From the NCBI GenBank assembly GCA_965206745.1, contig OZ242220.1, forward strand, positions 416,001 through 480,000: a stretch of DNA of 64,000 bases. The letters are read 5' to 3'. Source of the DNA: Nitrosopumilus sp. (GTDB taxonomy: Archaea; Thermoproteota; Nitrososphaeria; Nitrososphaerales; Nitrosopumilaceae). This document shows positions 19,841 to 29,926 of the stretch, piece after piece. Each line of letters begins with the position of its first letter. Position 1 is the first letter of the stretch. The position numbers were made by a program, and so were the translations under genes. The notes under the pieces are model-generated. The model was not told where the DNA came from, searched no databases, and saw nothing but the letters and a program-made list of their open reading frames with translations.

Positions 19841-20389
19841 ATGGCAGATCTACAAATACCTGAAGACTTTTGTCACAACGATGTAAAACCAAAGGGAAAG
19901 ACCAGCCATGCAGATGGTGAAAATTTCCACTATATCTGGGGTGACGGAAGGACAGACGGTGCAGCATTCTCAAACGATGATGTAAAGGCAGCCTATGAAG
20001 CAAGAGGAGAGAAACAGGTTCCTCTGGGAATTCATGGTACTACCGTTGCAGTCGATTGGGATTCATGTGTTGCAGCTGGTTCATGCATGAGTGTATGTCC
20101 AGTTCAGACATTCCAATGGTTCAGAACAGAAAAGGACATCCCTGCTGAAAAATGCTTGGGGGAGACCTTTGAGGGAACTGGCCTGACAGAACAAGATGAA
20201 AGATTAGATTATACAGACAAATCACAGCCAATCAGAGAACACGATTGCACAGTTTGTATGGCTTGTCAAGAAATCTGTCCTGAAGGGGCTATTCTAATCG
20301 AATCAGCCAACCAGGAATGGCACGAAAAGGCAGCTGGAACATATGTACTTATGAAATCCGGTTCTGAGAATCCGCACGCACACGATTAA
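19841..20389 (+). CDS. Dicluster ferredoxin, Zfx-like (tandem paralog)
   Basis: CVAAGSCMSVCP and CTVCMACQEICP; LGIHGT. Confidence 0.9.
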   Translation: MADLQIPEDFCHNDVKPKGKTSHADGENFHYIWGDGRTDGAAFSNDDVKAAYEARGEKQVPLGIHGTTVAVDWDSCVAAGSCMSVCPVQTFQWFRTEKDIPAEKCLGETFEGTGLTEQDERLDYTDKSQPIREHDCTVCMACQEICPEGAILIESANQEWHEKAAGTYVLMKSGSENPHAHD

Positions 20390-20464
20390 AAAGAAATCTT
20401 TTCTTTTTTCCTATTTTTCTATTTTATATCAACAAATTTTAACCGCTATAATGCAAGATTCTTT

Positions 20465-20548
20465 GCAGAGGTCGCCTAGCTCGGTAGGGCGCGGGCCTTG
20501 AGAGCCTGTGTGCGCAAGCATACGGGGGTTCAAATCCCTCTCTCTGCG
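20465..20548 (+). tRNA. tRNA-Ser(TGA)
   Basis: GCAGAGG/TCTCTGC acceptor, CGGGC-CT-TGA-GA-GCCTG, long variable arm, GGTTCAAATCC. Confidence 0.95.
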
Positions 20549-20550
20549 TT

Positions 20551-21501
20551 TTAACTTTTTATCCTTGCCATCTCTGCCAGCATTGCGGATAGCTGGATCT
20601 CAGAGTTTGCCCCAACTAGGATCCTGTAATCGTACTTTGCAATTATCTCCAGAATTTCTGACAGTCTGGCATGTTTTGATTTGAAGACTGCCGCATTGAT
20701 GTATTTTAAAAAGTCTGATTCGGACATTCCATAAACCTTGACTAGCTCTATCATCTTCTCCCTTGCATCTGCAACATTTCCTGCAAGTGCAATCTTTAGA
20801 ACCTCGTCAACATCGCTTGTCTTTGTCAGTCCTGCAGACGATCTTACGTTCTCCTCAGTTATTCCGCCGAGACTTGCAGTTGCCTGCATGATGTTGATGG
20901 CATGCCTCAGGTCGCCTTCGGAATAGTCATAAACTGCCTTGAGGCCCTTTTTGTCAGTCTTTACCTTCTCCTTCTTGGCAATCTCCTCTAGCCTGCCAAT
21001 GATGTCCTGCTCAGAAACCCTGGTAAACTTGAAGGTGGCGCACCTGCTCTGAATCGGGTCTATGATCTTTGAGATGTTGTTGGCTATGAAGATGAACCTG
21101 CAGAACTTTGCAGTGTCCTCTATGATTCGCCTCAGTGCCGTCTGTGCGTCATTGGTCATCTCGTCTGCCTCATCGAGTATTATGATTTTAAATGGCACCT
21201 CTGCCATGCCTGCAAACCTTGAGAATTTTTTTACCTTCTCCCTGACCATTCCTATCCCCCTCTCATCTGATGCGTTTAGTTCCAGGGTATAGTCCCTGGC
21301 ATGCTCTCCGAGAATCTGCCTTGCAATGCACAGTGCGGTGGTCGTCTTTCCGACTCCTGCAGAACCTGAGAACATCAGGTGCGGCATGTCTGTCGGGTCC
21401 TTGATTAATGCCTCAAGGCTGCCGATAATTTCTGTCTGATTTACGATATCTGAAAGCTTTACCGGTCGATACTTTTCCACCCACATTCCGGTCTCAATCA
21501 T
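20551..21501 (-). CDS. rfcS: Replication factor C small subunit
   Basis: WVEKYRP, GVGKTT, LELNASDERG, ILDEAD, IQSRC; start moved to ATG 21501. Confidence 0.96.
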   Translation of the reverse strand: MIETGMWVEKYRPVKLSDIVNQTEIIGSLEALIKDPTDMPHLMFSGSAGVGKTTTALCIARQILGEHARDYTLELNASDERGIGMVREKVKKFSRFAGMAEVPFKIIILDEADEMTNDAQTALRRIIEDTAKFCRFIFIANNISKIIDPIQSRCATFKFTRVSEQDIIGRLEEIAKKEKVKTDKKGLKAVYDYSEGDLRHAINIMQATASLGGITEENVRSSAGLTKTSDVDEVLKIALAGNVADAREKMIELVKVYGMSESDFLKYINAAVFKSKHARLSEILEIIAKYDYRILVGANSEIQLSAMLAEMARIKS

Positions 21502-21591
21502 GTGAATCTGATGCCAAATCCCACTAATAAATCCGAATTGGTTACTACAAAATACCCTATTATTATAATCAAATTCTGTCCTATTTGATGC

Positions 21592-21688
21592 GATCAGCCT
21601 CAAATTAATTTAGATCAATTGATCTAGCTAAATTGTGAATTGAATTGATCGATCCGATACATGAGGATCTAAAACATAAAAAGTGATC
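21592..21688. promoter_or_regulatory. GATC-rich divergent promoter region with perfect 16-bp palindrome
   Basis: Seven GATC; TAGATCAATTGATCTA at 21611-21626. Confidence 0.5.
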
Positions 21689-21692
21689 TCAA

Positions 21693-22220
21693 ATGGAAAT
21701 AGACAAAGTAGAAAGAGTACATTCAATCGGATATAGGCTAAAGGATGCCAAGGTTACAATTAATCGTGATTTCAAGTATAACGTTGCAGGCATAAAGATT
21801 GAGGGCACGCAGGGGGACACCAACAACATGCCGCAGTGGATAGGAAAGATCCTCTCTGATGGTGAGGTAGGCTTGCTTAATTCCCCTGACATGATAACCC
21901 ATCTAAAGCAGGCACTCTCAAAGGAGAAGATGGTCGGAGAGTACCAGATCTCCACGCTTGATCCCCACTTTTACATCAAGCTAAAAGAGTCGATGAGGGA
22001 GCTTGACCGTGATGACTTTGACAAAGTTGAAAGCATGATGCTTGAGCTGTTCAGGATGAGGAGGGGCAAGCTGGTAAAGACTGCAGACACTATGAAACTA
22101 AACTCGGAACTATACAGCAAACTGACAGTTGAGGAGAGCATCTTTTACAAGACAATTAGTGACAACAGTGTCGAGTTTGAAAAACAGATAAGGGGAGAAC
22201 AAAGACGTGGCTCAAGCTAG
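21693..22220 (+). CDS. GINS complex subunit
   Basis: PQWIGKIL...LDPHFY...RRGKLV...LTVEE; directly upstream of and overlapping mcm. Confidence 0.85.
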   Translation: MEIDKVERVHSIGYRLKDAKVTINRDFKYNVAGIKIEGTQGDTNNMPQWIGKILSDGEVGLLNSPDMITHLKQALSKEKMVGEYQISTLDPHFYIKLKESMRELDRDDFDKVESMMLELFRMRRGKLVKTADTMKLNSELYSKLTVEESIFYKTISDNSVEFEKQIRGEQRRGSS

Positions 22221-24288
22221 CACGTTTACAGACTCTGCCTTGTCTGACAAGGTAAAGGAGTTTCTGACCAGATTCAAGGACAGGGGTGGCAACTACAAGT
22301 ATGTAGATGCAATCGACGAGATGATGGCAAAGAATGCAAAGTACATCATTGTAAATTACAACGACTTGGTGGTGGAGCCGCAGATTGAGGTAATATTTAC
22401 CACGGATCCTGACAGGCTCTTTGATGCGTTTTCAAGGGCAATCAAGGAGGCACTGCAGACAAGGTTTCCCGAGTATGCAGAAAAGATCAAAGACGAAGTC
22501 CGTGTCAGGCTGATTAACTTCCCACTAGAGCGCAGCCTGAGGCAGATCAACGCTGAGACCATTGGGCATATCACAAGTGTCTCTGGAATGGTGGTCCGGG
22601 CATCAGAGGTAAAGCCGCTTGCAAAGGAGCTAGTCTTTGTATGTCCTGATGAGCACCAGACCAAACTGGTCCAGATAAAGGGAATGGATGTCAAGATGCC
22701 CCTGGTCTGTAACAATCCAAGCTGCAAGCACAGGGACTTTGAGCTAAAGCCTGAGGCAAGCAAGTTTATTGATTTTCAGATGTTGAGACTACAGGAGCTT
22801 CCAGAGGACCTGCCTCCGGGACAACTCCCCCACTATATCGATGTCACAATCAGGCAGGATCTGGTGGATAATTCAAGACCTGGGGACAGAATCATCCTCA
22901 CAGGCGTGGTCCGGGTCGAGCAGGAGTCAGTTGCAGGGGTTCCAAGGGGGAACAGCGGACTGTACCGGTTGAGAATAGAGGGAAACAACATCGAGTTTCT
23001 CAGCGGACGGGGTTCAAAGACTGACAGAAAGATCGGCAGGGAGGAAGTCTCACCTGAGGAAGAAAAGATGATCAAATCACTGAATCAGAGCTCCGATGTC
23101 TATCAGAGACTCATTGACTCGTTTGCCCCCCACATCCAAGGCCAGTCCCTGATAAAGGAGGCCATCCTGCTGCTTATTGTCGGTTCCAACCAGAGACAGC
23201 TTGGCGATGGAAGCAAGATCCGAGGCGACATCAACGTGTTCCTGGTTGGAGATCCCGGTACTGCAAAGTCTGAGATGCTAAAGTTCTGTGCAAGAATTGC
23301 GCCAAGGGGACTGTACACCTCTGGCAGGGGTTCTACTGCTGCAGGCCTTACAGCTGCTGTAGTCAGGGACAAGACAGGAATCATGATGCTCGAAGCTGGT
23401 GCCGTCGTACTAGGTGATCAGGGACTTGTAAGCATAGACGAATTTGACAAGATGAAACCCGAAGACAGAAGTGCACTGCACGAGGTCATGGAACAACAGT
23501 CTGCAAGTATTGCAAAGGGCGGCATTGTGGCAACGCTCAATGCGCGAACATCCATACTGGCTGCAGCAAACCCTATGTATGGAAAATATGATCCGTTCAA
23601 AAACATTACAGAAAACGTCAACCTGCCAATTCCGCTGCTCACAAGGTTTGACCTGATCTTTGTAGTCAGGGACATTCCCACCAAGGAGAAGGACATGATG
23701 ATTGCAAAGCACATCATCCGCAGAAACACCACCAAGGGTATCGACAAGAAATCTACTGTAGAGGTTGACCTGCTGACAAAGTATCTCTCATACGCAAAAC
23801 GTGGCGAGCCAGAACTGACACCAGAGGCTGAGAAAAAAATTCTTGATTACTATATGCAGATGAGAAACGTCGAATCCGAGGAGATGATCACAGTAACTCC
23901 AAGGCAGCTGGAGGGAATCATCAGGCTCTCGACTGCAAGGGCAAGGCTGCTCATGAAGGACAGGGTCGAGGAGGAGGATGCAGAGCGTGCAATATTCCTG
24001 ATTCAGAGCATGCTTCAGGATGCCGGGGTGGATGTCAACACCGGAAAGGTCGATCTCGGCGTACTGCAGGGAAAGCCGCGAAGCGAGGTCTCAAAGATGC
24101 AGCTGTTCATGGATGTCCTGAGGAGTCTTGAGGGTGACAACAAGATTCCAGTAGAGGAGAGGATATTTGTCAAGGAACTAGAAAAGAGTGAGAAATTCAC
24201 AGAGGAGGAGGCAAGAAACTTTATCAGGAGGATGCTCAGGGAAGCATCTATTTATGAATCAAAACCCGGTCACTATAACCGAGTATGA
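22207..24288 (+). CDS. mcm: MCM replicative helicase
   Basis: GDPGTAKS, IDEFDKM, LAAANP, TRFD, ITVTPRQLE. Confidence 0.97.
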   Translation: MAQASTFTDSALSDKVKEFLTRFKDRGGNYKYVDAIDEMMAKNAKYIIVNYNDLVVEPQIEVIFTTDPDRLFDAFSRAIKEALQTRFPEYAEKIKDEVRVRLINFPLERSLRQINAETIGHITSVSGMVVRASEVKPLAKELVFVCPDEHQTKLVQIKGMDVKMPLVCNNPSCKHRDFELKPEASKFIDFQMLRLQELPEDLPPGQLPHYIDVTIRQDLVDNSRPGDRIILTGVVRVEQESVAGVPRGNSGLYRLRIEGNNIEFLSGRGSKTDRKIGREEVSPEEEKMIKSLNQSSDVYQRLIDSFAPHIQGQSLIKEAILLLIVGSNQRQLGDGSKIRGDINVFLVGDPGTAKSEMLKFCARIAPRGLYTSGRGSTAAGLTAAVVRDKTGIMMLEAGAVVLGDQGLVSIDEFDKMKPEDRSALHEVMEQQSASIAKGGIVATLNARTSILAAANPMYGKYDPFKNITENVNLPIPLLTRFDLIFVVRDIPTKEKDMMIAKHIIRRNTTKGIDKKSTVEVDLLTKYLSYAKRGEPELTPEAEKKILDYYMQMRNVESEEMITVTPRQLEGIIRLSTARARLLMKDRVEEEDAERAIFLIQSMLQDAGVDVNTGKVDLGVLQGKPRSEVSKMQLFMDVLRSLEGDNKIPVEERIFVKELEKSEKFTEEEARNFIRRMLREASIYESKPGHYNRV

Positions 24289-26411
24289 ATATAGACAGAC
24301 TGAAACTTCCCAAACCTGCAATCGAATTTTTAAAATCACAGGGTTTTACTAAACTGTATCCACCACAGGCAGACAGCGTAAAGTCCGGCCTGCTTGATGG
24401 CAAGAGCATTCTGGTATCTGCCCCCACTGCAAGTGGCAAGACCCTCATTGCAATGCTTGCAATGCTGAGCTTTCTATCTAGCAAAAAGGGCAAGGTGATT
24501 TATCTTAGCCCGCTGCGCGCACTGGCAGCTGAAAAGTTTGCAGAGTTTAAAAAATTAGAAAAGATAGCCCTTGCAAACAGGCCAAAGGTTGCAATATCGA
24601 CTGGCGACTTTGAGACCATTGAAAAGAACCTGGAGAGAAGCAACGTGTTGGTCCTGACAAATGAAAAGATGGATTCGGTAATCAGGCACAGTGCCGAGTG
24701 GATAGACGAGATAGGGCTTGTGATATCTGATGAGGTTCACCTCATCGGCGATGAGGGCAGGGGCCCGACACTAGAGATGATTCTCACGCAGCTCAAGCTG
24801 CTCGAATCCAGGCCCCAGATAGTCGGCCTTAGTGCGACAATTACAAACTCTGATGAGATTGCAGACTGGCTTGAATGTAAATTGGTAAAAAATGACTGGC
24901 GTCCTGTACCGCTCTCTGAAGGGGTGTGCGATGAGGGACAGGTGATCATGAATGATGGCAGAAGCTTTGAGGTTGAGCGCAGCCTGATGGGAACCCCCAT
25001 TGATCTGGGAGTGCAATCAGTGCACCAGGGGGGACAGTCACTGGTATTTGCCGAGACTAGGACCCGCGCAAAGTCCCTTGCCACAAAGGCATCTGATGCT
25101 ATTTGTAAAACGCTGGAGAAGAAGGAGATTACTACACTGGCAAAGACATCAAGGAAGATTCTGTCTGAGAACGAGCATACGGAGCTGGTCAAGACGCTGG
25201 CGCTGCTTGTAAAAAAAGGGGTCGCCTTTCACCATGCAGGGCTAAACCAGAGATGCAGGGAGACAATAGAGAAAGAGTTTCGCAAGGGTACAATCAAGCT
25301 GCTGTCATCGACTCCCACCCTTGCAGCCGGCGTCAACCTTCCTGCAAGGCGGGTCGTGATATCCAGTGTCAACCGATACAATGCCAAGGTCGGTGCCAAC
25401 ATGCCGATTAGCATCCTAGAATACAAGCAGCTCTGCGGAAGGGCCGGAAGGCCGCAGTACGATGATTACGGGGAGTCAATCATCGTCGGAAAATCAAACG
25501 CAGAGGATCTGATTGAACATTACGTCAACGGCCAGCCTGAGGCAATCGAGTCCAAGATCACAGATGACAAGTCCCTGCGAACCCACATACTCAGTGTTAT
25601 AGTTACGCATCCGGGAATCAAGAGAGACGAGATACTGGAATTCTTTTTGCAGACACTTGGAGGCCTGCAGTCAAGAAAGGCCACGATAAAGTTTGCAATT
25701 GACATCTCGCTGCGGTTTCTCTCAAGCAAGTCGCTGATAATTAGGAAAGGCGAGAGGCATGCTGCCACCGAATTTGGAAAAAAGGCATCGATGCTGTACA
25801 TAGATCCGCTGACTGCCACACACTTTAGGGACTCCATTGAGAATGTCTCTGAGAAGGGAGGGCAGACATTTGGATTTTTGCACCTCATTACAAGCTGTGA
25901 GGAGTTTTTCCCAAAGTTCTCACTGCGGCAAAAGGACTATGAGACTGCAAGCCTGATGATAGAGAACCACTCATCACAGCTACTGGAGCAGATCTCAGAG
26001 TACGACTGCTCAAGAAGCCTTCTTGCTTTGCAGTCCTGGATAACAGAATCCACCGAACTGTCACTCTCTGACTCCCTTGGAATCGAGTCAGGGGACATGC
26101 ATAGGATGACTGAGAATGCCAACTGGCTTGCATACTGCCTCAGGGAGATCTCAAAGCACGTGGAGAGGGCAGACCTGCTTGAGGAGTTTGATGATCTGAG
26201 AAACAGGATAGCCTATGGGATTAGGGAGGAGCTGCTTGATCTGGTCAGGGTCAAGGGTATTGGCAGGGTAAGGGCGCGGGTTCTCTTCAAGCACGGGATA
26301 AGAAATCTTGATGACCTGAGGAAGATTCCAGTCAACAAGCTAGGCGAGATTGACAAGATTGGCTCGACCATTGCAGATAACATAAAAGCAGAGCTACGAA
26401 AGGTTAGATAG
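24285..26411 (+). CDS. hel308: Hel308/Hjm (Ski2-like) DEAD/DEAH-box helicase
   Basis: PTASGKT, DEVH, LSAT, HHAGL, GRAGRP, C-terminal HhH. Confidence 0.92.
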   Translation: MNIDRLKLPKPAIEFLKSQGFTKLYPPQADSVKSGLLDGKSILVSAPTASGKTLIAMLAMLSFLSSKKGKVIYLSPLRALAAEKFAEFKKLEKIALANRPKVAISTGDFETIEKNLERSNVLVLTNEKMDSVIRHSAEWIDEIGLVISDEVHLIGDEGRGPTLEMILTQLKLLESRPQIVGLSATITNSDEIADWLECKLVKNDWRPVPLSEGVCDEGQVIMNDGRSFEVERSLMGTPIDLGVQSVHQGGQSLVFAETRTRAKSLATKASDAICKTLEKKEITTLAKTSRKILSENEHTELVKTLALLVKKGVAFHHAGLNQRCRETIEKEFRKGTIKLLSSTPTLAAGVNLPARRVVISSVNRYNAKVGANMPISILEYKQLCGRAGRPQYDDYGESIIVGKSNAEDLIEHYVNGQPEAIESKITDDKSLRTHILSVIVTHPGIKRDEILEFFLQTLGGLQSRKATIKFAIDISLRFLSSKSLIIRKGERHAATEFGKKASMLYIDPLTATHFRDSIENVSEKGGQTFGFLHLITSCEEFFPKFSLRQKDYETASLMIENHSSQLLEQISEYDCSRSLLALQSWITESTELSLSDSLGIESGDMHRMTENANWLAYCLREISKHVERADLLEEFDDLRNRIAYGIREELLDLVRVKGIGRVRARVLFKHGIRNLDDLRKIPVNKLGEIDKIGSTIADNIKAELRKVR

Positions 26412-27404
26412 TTGACTGACCTGCTGATTCCCGCTGTAATCTCCTGTATAGTTGCATTTGCAGTGGTGTTTTTGATGACACCCCCACTAATCAGAATCCT
26501 GGAAAAAAGAAATTTTACGGTAAAAGACGTCCTCAAAAAAGGCAATGTTATGGTGGCAAGGCCCGGCGGTCCTGCAATAATTGCAGGCATTGTAGCATCA
26601 GAGGTCACACTCTATGCATTTTTGCAGACAAATGATATTCTTGCCATAATCATCACGACATCTGCGGCATTTGTAATTGGGTATGTCGATGATAGAAGGG
26701 TGATGGGCGGATGGTTCAAGCCTGTCGCACTTGCAGTAGCTGCAGTCCCGATAATCGCACTTGGTGCATATGATCCACACCTTGCCTTCCCTCTGTTTGG
26801 TACGGTGAACATACCTGTGCTGTACATTGTCCTGGTTCTACTTATGATACCAATCACCGGAAACACCGTCAACTCCATTGACGTCTTAAATGGGGTTGCA
26901 AGCGGGTTTATGGTGATTGCAAGCTTTTCGCTGACCCTCTGCCTGCTTATCGTGCAAAATTATGAGGTGGCAGTGATCAGCCTGCCGCTTGGGATTGTCT
27001 CATTGGCCTTTTACAAGTACCACAAGATTCCAAGCAGGATATTTCCCGGGGACTCTGGGGCGCTGACACTTGGGGCAATGTATGGCGCCATTGCAATCGT
27101 TGGCGGCGTGGAGATCATAGCTGCAGTTGCCCTCTTGCCTGCAGTCATCAACTCCTTTATGTTCCTGTCAAGCGTAAAACGGATAGTCGAGCACAGACAG
27201 GTCAAGGCAAAATCGGTAATAATCACTGATGACTTTGAACTGAGGGCAACTGATGAGAAAAAGGCCCCTGTCACCCTAGTCAGGCTGATTCTTGCAGGCA
27301 GACAGATGACTGAAAGACAGGTAGGACTTGTAATATTCAAGCTGGCAGTATTCTCAGGGGTCCTGGCAGTGATTACTGCACTTATGACGGTGTTTCTAAT
27401 TTGA
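26412..27404 (+). CDS. Glycosyltransferase family 4 (UDP-GlcNAc--dolichyl-phosphate GlcNAc-1-P transferase-like)
   Basis: GYVDD, NSIDVLNG, IFPGDSG; multiple TMs. Confidence 0.88.
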   Translation: MTDLLIPAVISCIVAFAVVFLMTPPLIRILEKRNFTVKDVLKKGNVMVARPGGPAIIAGIVASEVTLYAFLQTNDILAIIITTSAAFVIGYVDDRRVMGGWFKPVALAVAAVPIIALGAYDPHLAFPLFGTVNIPVLYIVLVLLMIPITGNTVNSIDVLNGVASGFMVIASFSLTLCLLIVQNYEVAVISLPLGIVSLAFYKYHKIPSRIFPGDSGALTLGAMYGAIAIVGGVEIIAAVALLPAVINSFMFLSSVKRIVEHRQVKAKSVIITDDFELRATDEKKAPVTLVRLILAGRQMTERQVGLVIFKLAVFSGVLAVITALMTVFLI

Positions 27405-27634
27405 AGAACTTTGATATCTTTGCATTCCTGCTTGGAATGTGGGCCCTGATTGTTGTAGGCGGTGGAATCATGGTTAAGATTTTGGGACCGATCTCAATTT
27501 CTGGCTATGGTGATCTTGATTACTTTCTCACGTCCGGATCCAAAGCCATCATTGCAATTGTACTGGTGATAATCTGGATAGTCATCTTGTCTAAAATGAA
27601 GAACCAGATCTTTAGCAAGAAATTTAATTTTTAG
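27401..27634 (+). CDS. Small two-TM membrane protein
   Basis: Two hydrophobic segments; 4-bp overlap with upstream gene. Confidence 0.65.
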   Translation: MKNFDIFAFLLGMWALIVVGGGIMVKILGPISISGYGDLDYFLTSGSKAIIAIVLVIIWIVILSKMKNQIFSKKFNF

Positions 27635-27781
27635 GCATCTCCTATCATGTTGTGTGTAACGGCATTGTATGCCATGGAATAGTTTGGAGGGATGTATTTG
27701 TGATAAAGTGGCGCATCCCGATCAGAGTATTCCCCCTGACTTGGAACAGTTTACTGATCTTTAATCCTGCATCATGCAGTG

Positions 27782-28051
27782 CTAGATGTGCCATGGCAGT
27801 CCTGCACTTGAGATCTTTTCGGGCAGCTGGTCCTTGTACTTTTTTAGAAACTCCATCTCCTGCTTTTTGTCCCGCAGTTCGTCTGGCAGCATGATTGGGA
27901 TCTCCTCGATAATTGGATAGAATCTGGAACATTTTGGGCAAAATATTGCACCTTCCATGACGACATCATCCCTCTCCTTTATCCCAAATAGTTCCAGGGG
28001 GTGGTTTTTGTCAATTGGGCATGCCAAAATATCCATCATTGTCTTGTTCAT
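27782..28051 (-). CDS. trm112: Trm112 family methyltransferase activator
   Basis: DILACPIDK...CPKCSRFYPIIEEIPIMLPDELR. Confidence 0.9.
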   Translation of the reverse strand: MNKTMMDILACPIDKNHPLELFGIKERDDVVMEGAIFCPKCSRFYPIIEEIPIMLPDELRDKKQEMEFLKKYKDQLPEKISSAGLPWHI

Positions 28052-28974
28052 TTTAGATCCAGATAGATGGGAATCCCCTTTTGACTAGATAAAAGTGCAG
28101 CTTCTGCAATCTTTGTGATGTTTGCCGCCTCCCGTGCCCCCACTATATCACTGGCCTTGCCGCCAACTGCATCAAGAAAACCCTGAACTTCCAGCCTCAG
28201 CGTATCTTGCATCTCACTATGGGCAGTCTCTGACTCTTTCTCCTTTGTTACGATGGTCTCCTGGCTGATAAGATCAGATGATACTGTCGCATCAGTACAC
28301 ACTATACTGAGCCTTCTTGTCCTTTTTGGAGTGATCCAGTTTGTTGATATGACTGCAACCTTGCCATTGCTATACCCCAGCATTATGCTTGCAAAGTCCT
28401 CGCACTCTTGTCTTGCCTTTCCAGCCCTTGCAAATACCATCTGTGGCATTTCACCAAACAGCCAGTTTGCAGTATCTATGTCATGAAATGATGCGTCGTA
28501 AATGATTCCGACATCCTTGCTGTGGGGAGGCATCCTGAGCTCCCTGTGGGATTCAAGTGTGACCATCTCCCCGTATTGTTTACTATCAATCATCTCCTTT
28601 ACCTTGGAGGCTGCAGGATTGAACCTCTCACTGCTGCAAGCTAGGATCACCTTGTTTCTTTCTGCCAGTCCTGCAAGCATCTGGCTGTCTTCTGACTTGT
28701 AGGTTATTGGTCCATCCACAAAGACGTGCTTTCCTGCCTCTAGCATCTTTTTTACAATCCCTGCATTGGTTGAGGCAGACATTACTACAAGGGCCGCATC
28801 AAACTCTTCTACATCTAGCAGCTCATCAGATGTTGTGTAATGGTTGACAGAGTATGTCTGCCCGCACTCTTTGCTTCTCTGAGGATCCAAATCACACACG
28901 GCTACCAGTACTCCTAGATGCGACAAGACTTTTGCATGCTCATTAATGTCCAGCCCAATCTGAACGATCCTCAT
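28048..28974 (-). CDS. Gfo/Idh/MocA family oxidoreductase (divergent motifs)
   Basis: VAVCDLD, GKHVFVDGP, ERFNPA, DASFHDID. Confidence 0.85.
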   Translation of the reverse strand: MRIVQIGLDINEHAKVLSHLGVLVAVCDLDPQRSKECGQTYSVNHYTTSDELLDVEEFDAALVVMSASTNAGIVKKMLEAGKHVFVDGPITYKSEDSQMLAGLAERNKVILACSSERFNPAASKVKEMIDSKQYGEMVTLESHRELRMPPHSKDVGIIYDASFHDIDTANWLFGEMPQMVFARAGKARQECEDFASIMLGYSNGKVAVISTNWITPKRTRRLSIVCTDATVSSDLISQETIVTKEKESETAHSEMQDTLRLEVQGFLDAVGGKASDIVGAREAANITKIAEAALLSSQKGIPIYLDLK

Positions 28975-29892
28975 CTAGTACACCTCAGTCAGCCAGTGCA
29001 GATAGTCCTCATTTCTGCCCATCACTATATCTGCATACTCTGACATCATCTTTTTTGTAATGTCACCTGGCCTGCCGTTGCCTATCTTCTTTGAGTCCAT
29101 CCTTGTGATCGGCGTGATCTCAGCTGCCGTACCTGTAAGGAAGATCTCCTCTGAGATGACCAGCTCGCTCCTTGTAACTTCCCGCTCAACTATGTCCATG
29201 TCCAGATCCCTTGCAATTTTTATTACCGTATCGCGCGTGATTCCCTCTAGTGCAGATGATGACAGCGACGGGGTTGCCAGCTGGCCGTCCCTTACAATGA
29301 AGATGTTCTCGCCTGGCGCCTCACTGACGTTTCCGCTGTGATCAAGCAGGATTGCCTCATCGACCCCGTTTCTCTTTGCCTCCTGTGTGGCAATTATGGA
29401 GTTTAGATAGTTTCCGCCCATCTTTGCCTGTGGCGGCGTGGACATGTCTGAGAACTTTCTCCATGACGAGACCCCAGCACTGATTCCGTTCTTGTCAAAC
29501 AGATCCCCGAAGGGAAATGCAAGGATTGCGACATTGGTCGGCGCCTTTTGAGTCACATGCAGGTTTATCCCATAGTCCCCGACAAAATAAAACGGCCTGA
29601 TGTAGCATGATTTTTTTATCTTGTTTTTTCTGCAGATCCCGATTACCGCATCTGTAATCTCATCGTCTGAGTAACCAAGTGAAATATTGTAAAACTGTCC
29701 GGATCTTCTGAACCGTTTTATGTGCTGGTCCAGCCTGAACACGTTGAGGTTCTTCCCGTTCCAGTACGCCCTGATCCCCTCAAAGACTGAGGTGCCATAG
29801 TGGATTGCATGTGTCGTGATTGGAACCTGTGCCTTTTCTGCAAGTACGTACCTTCCATCAAACCACACGTATTTTGAGGTGGAGGTTGCCAT
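28975..29892 (-). CDS. ilvE: Branched-chain amino acid aminotransferase
   Basis: HYGTSVFEGIRAY, AKMGGNY, EAPGENIF, LEGITR, GTAAEI. Confidence 0.95.
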   Translation of the reverse strand: MATSTSKYVWFDGRYVLAEKAQVPITTHAIHYGTSVFEGIRAYWNGKNLNVFRLDQHIKRFRRSGQFYNISLGYSDDEITDAVIGICRKNKIKKSCYIRPFYFVGDYGINLHVTQKAPTNVAILAFPFGDLFDKNGISAGVSSWRKFSDMSTPPQAKMGGNYLNSIIATQEAKRNGVDEAILLDHSGNVSEAPGENIFIVRDGQLATPSLSSSALEGITRDTVIKIARDLDMDIVEREVTRSELVISEEIFLTGTAAEITPITRMDSKKIGNGRPGDITKKMMSEYADIVMGRNEDYLHWLTEVY

Positions 29893-29926
29893 GGAACTTT
29901 TTTGCCACCTTCGTATTAATCTCTAT

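Noticed and set aside
22207-24288. Inteins in mcm (and rfcS)
   Set aside because: Protein lengths are normal and the Walker motifs are uninterrupted
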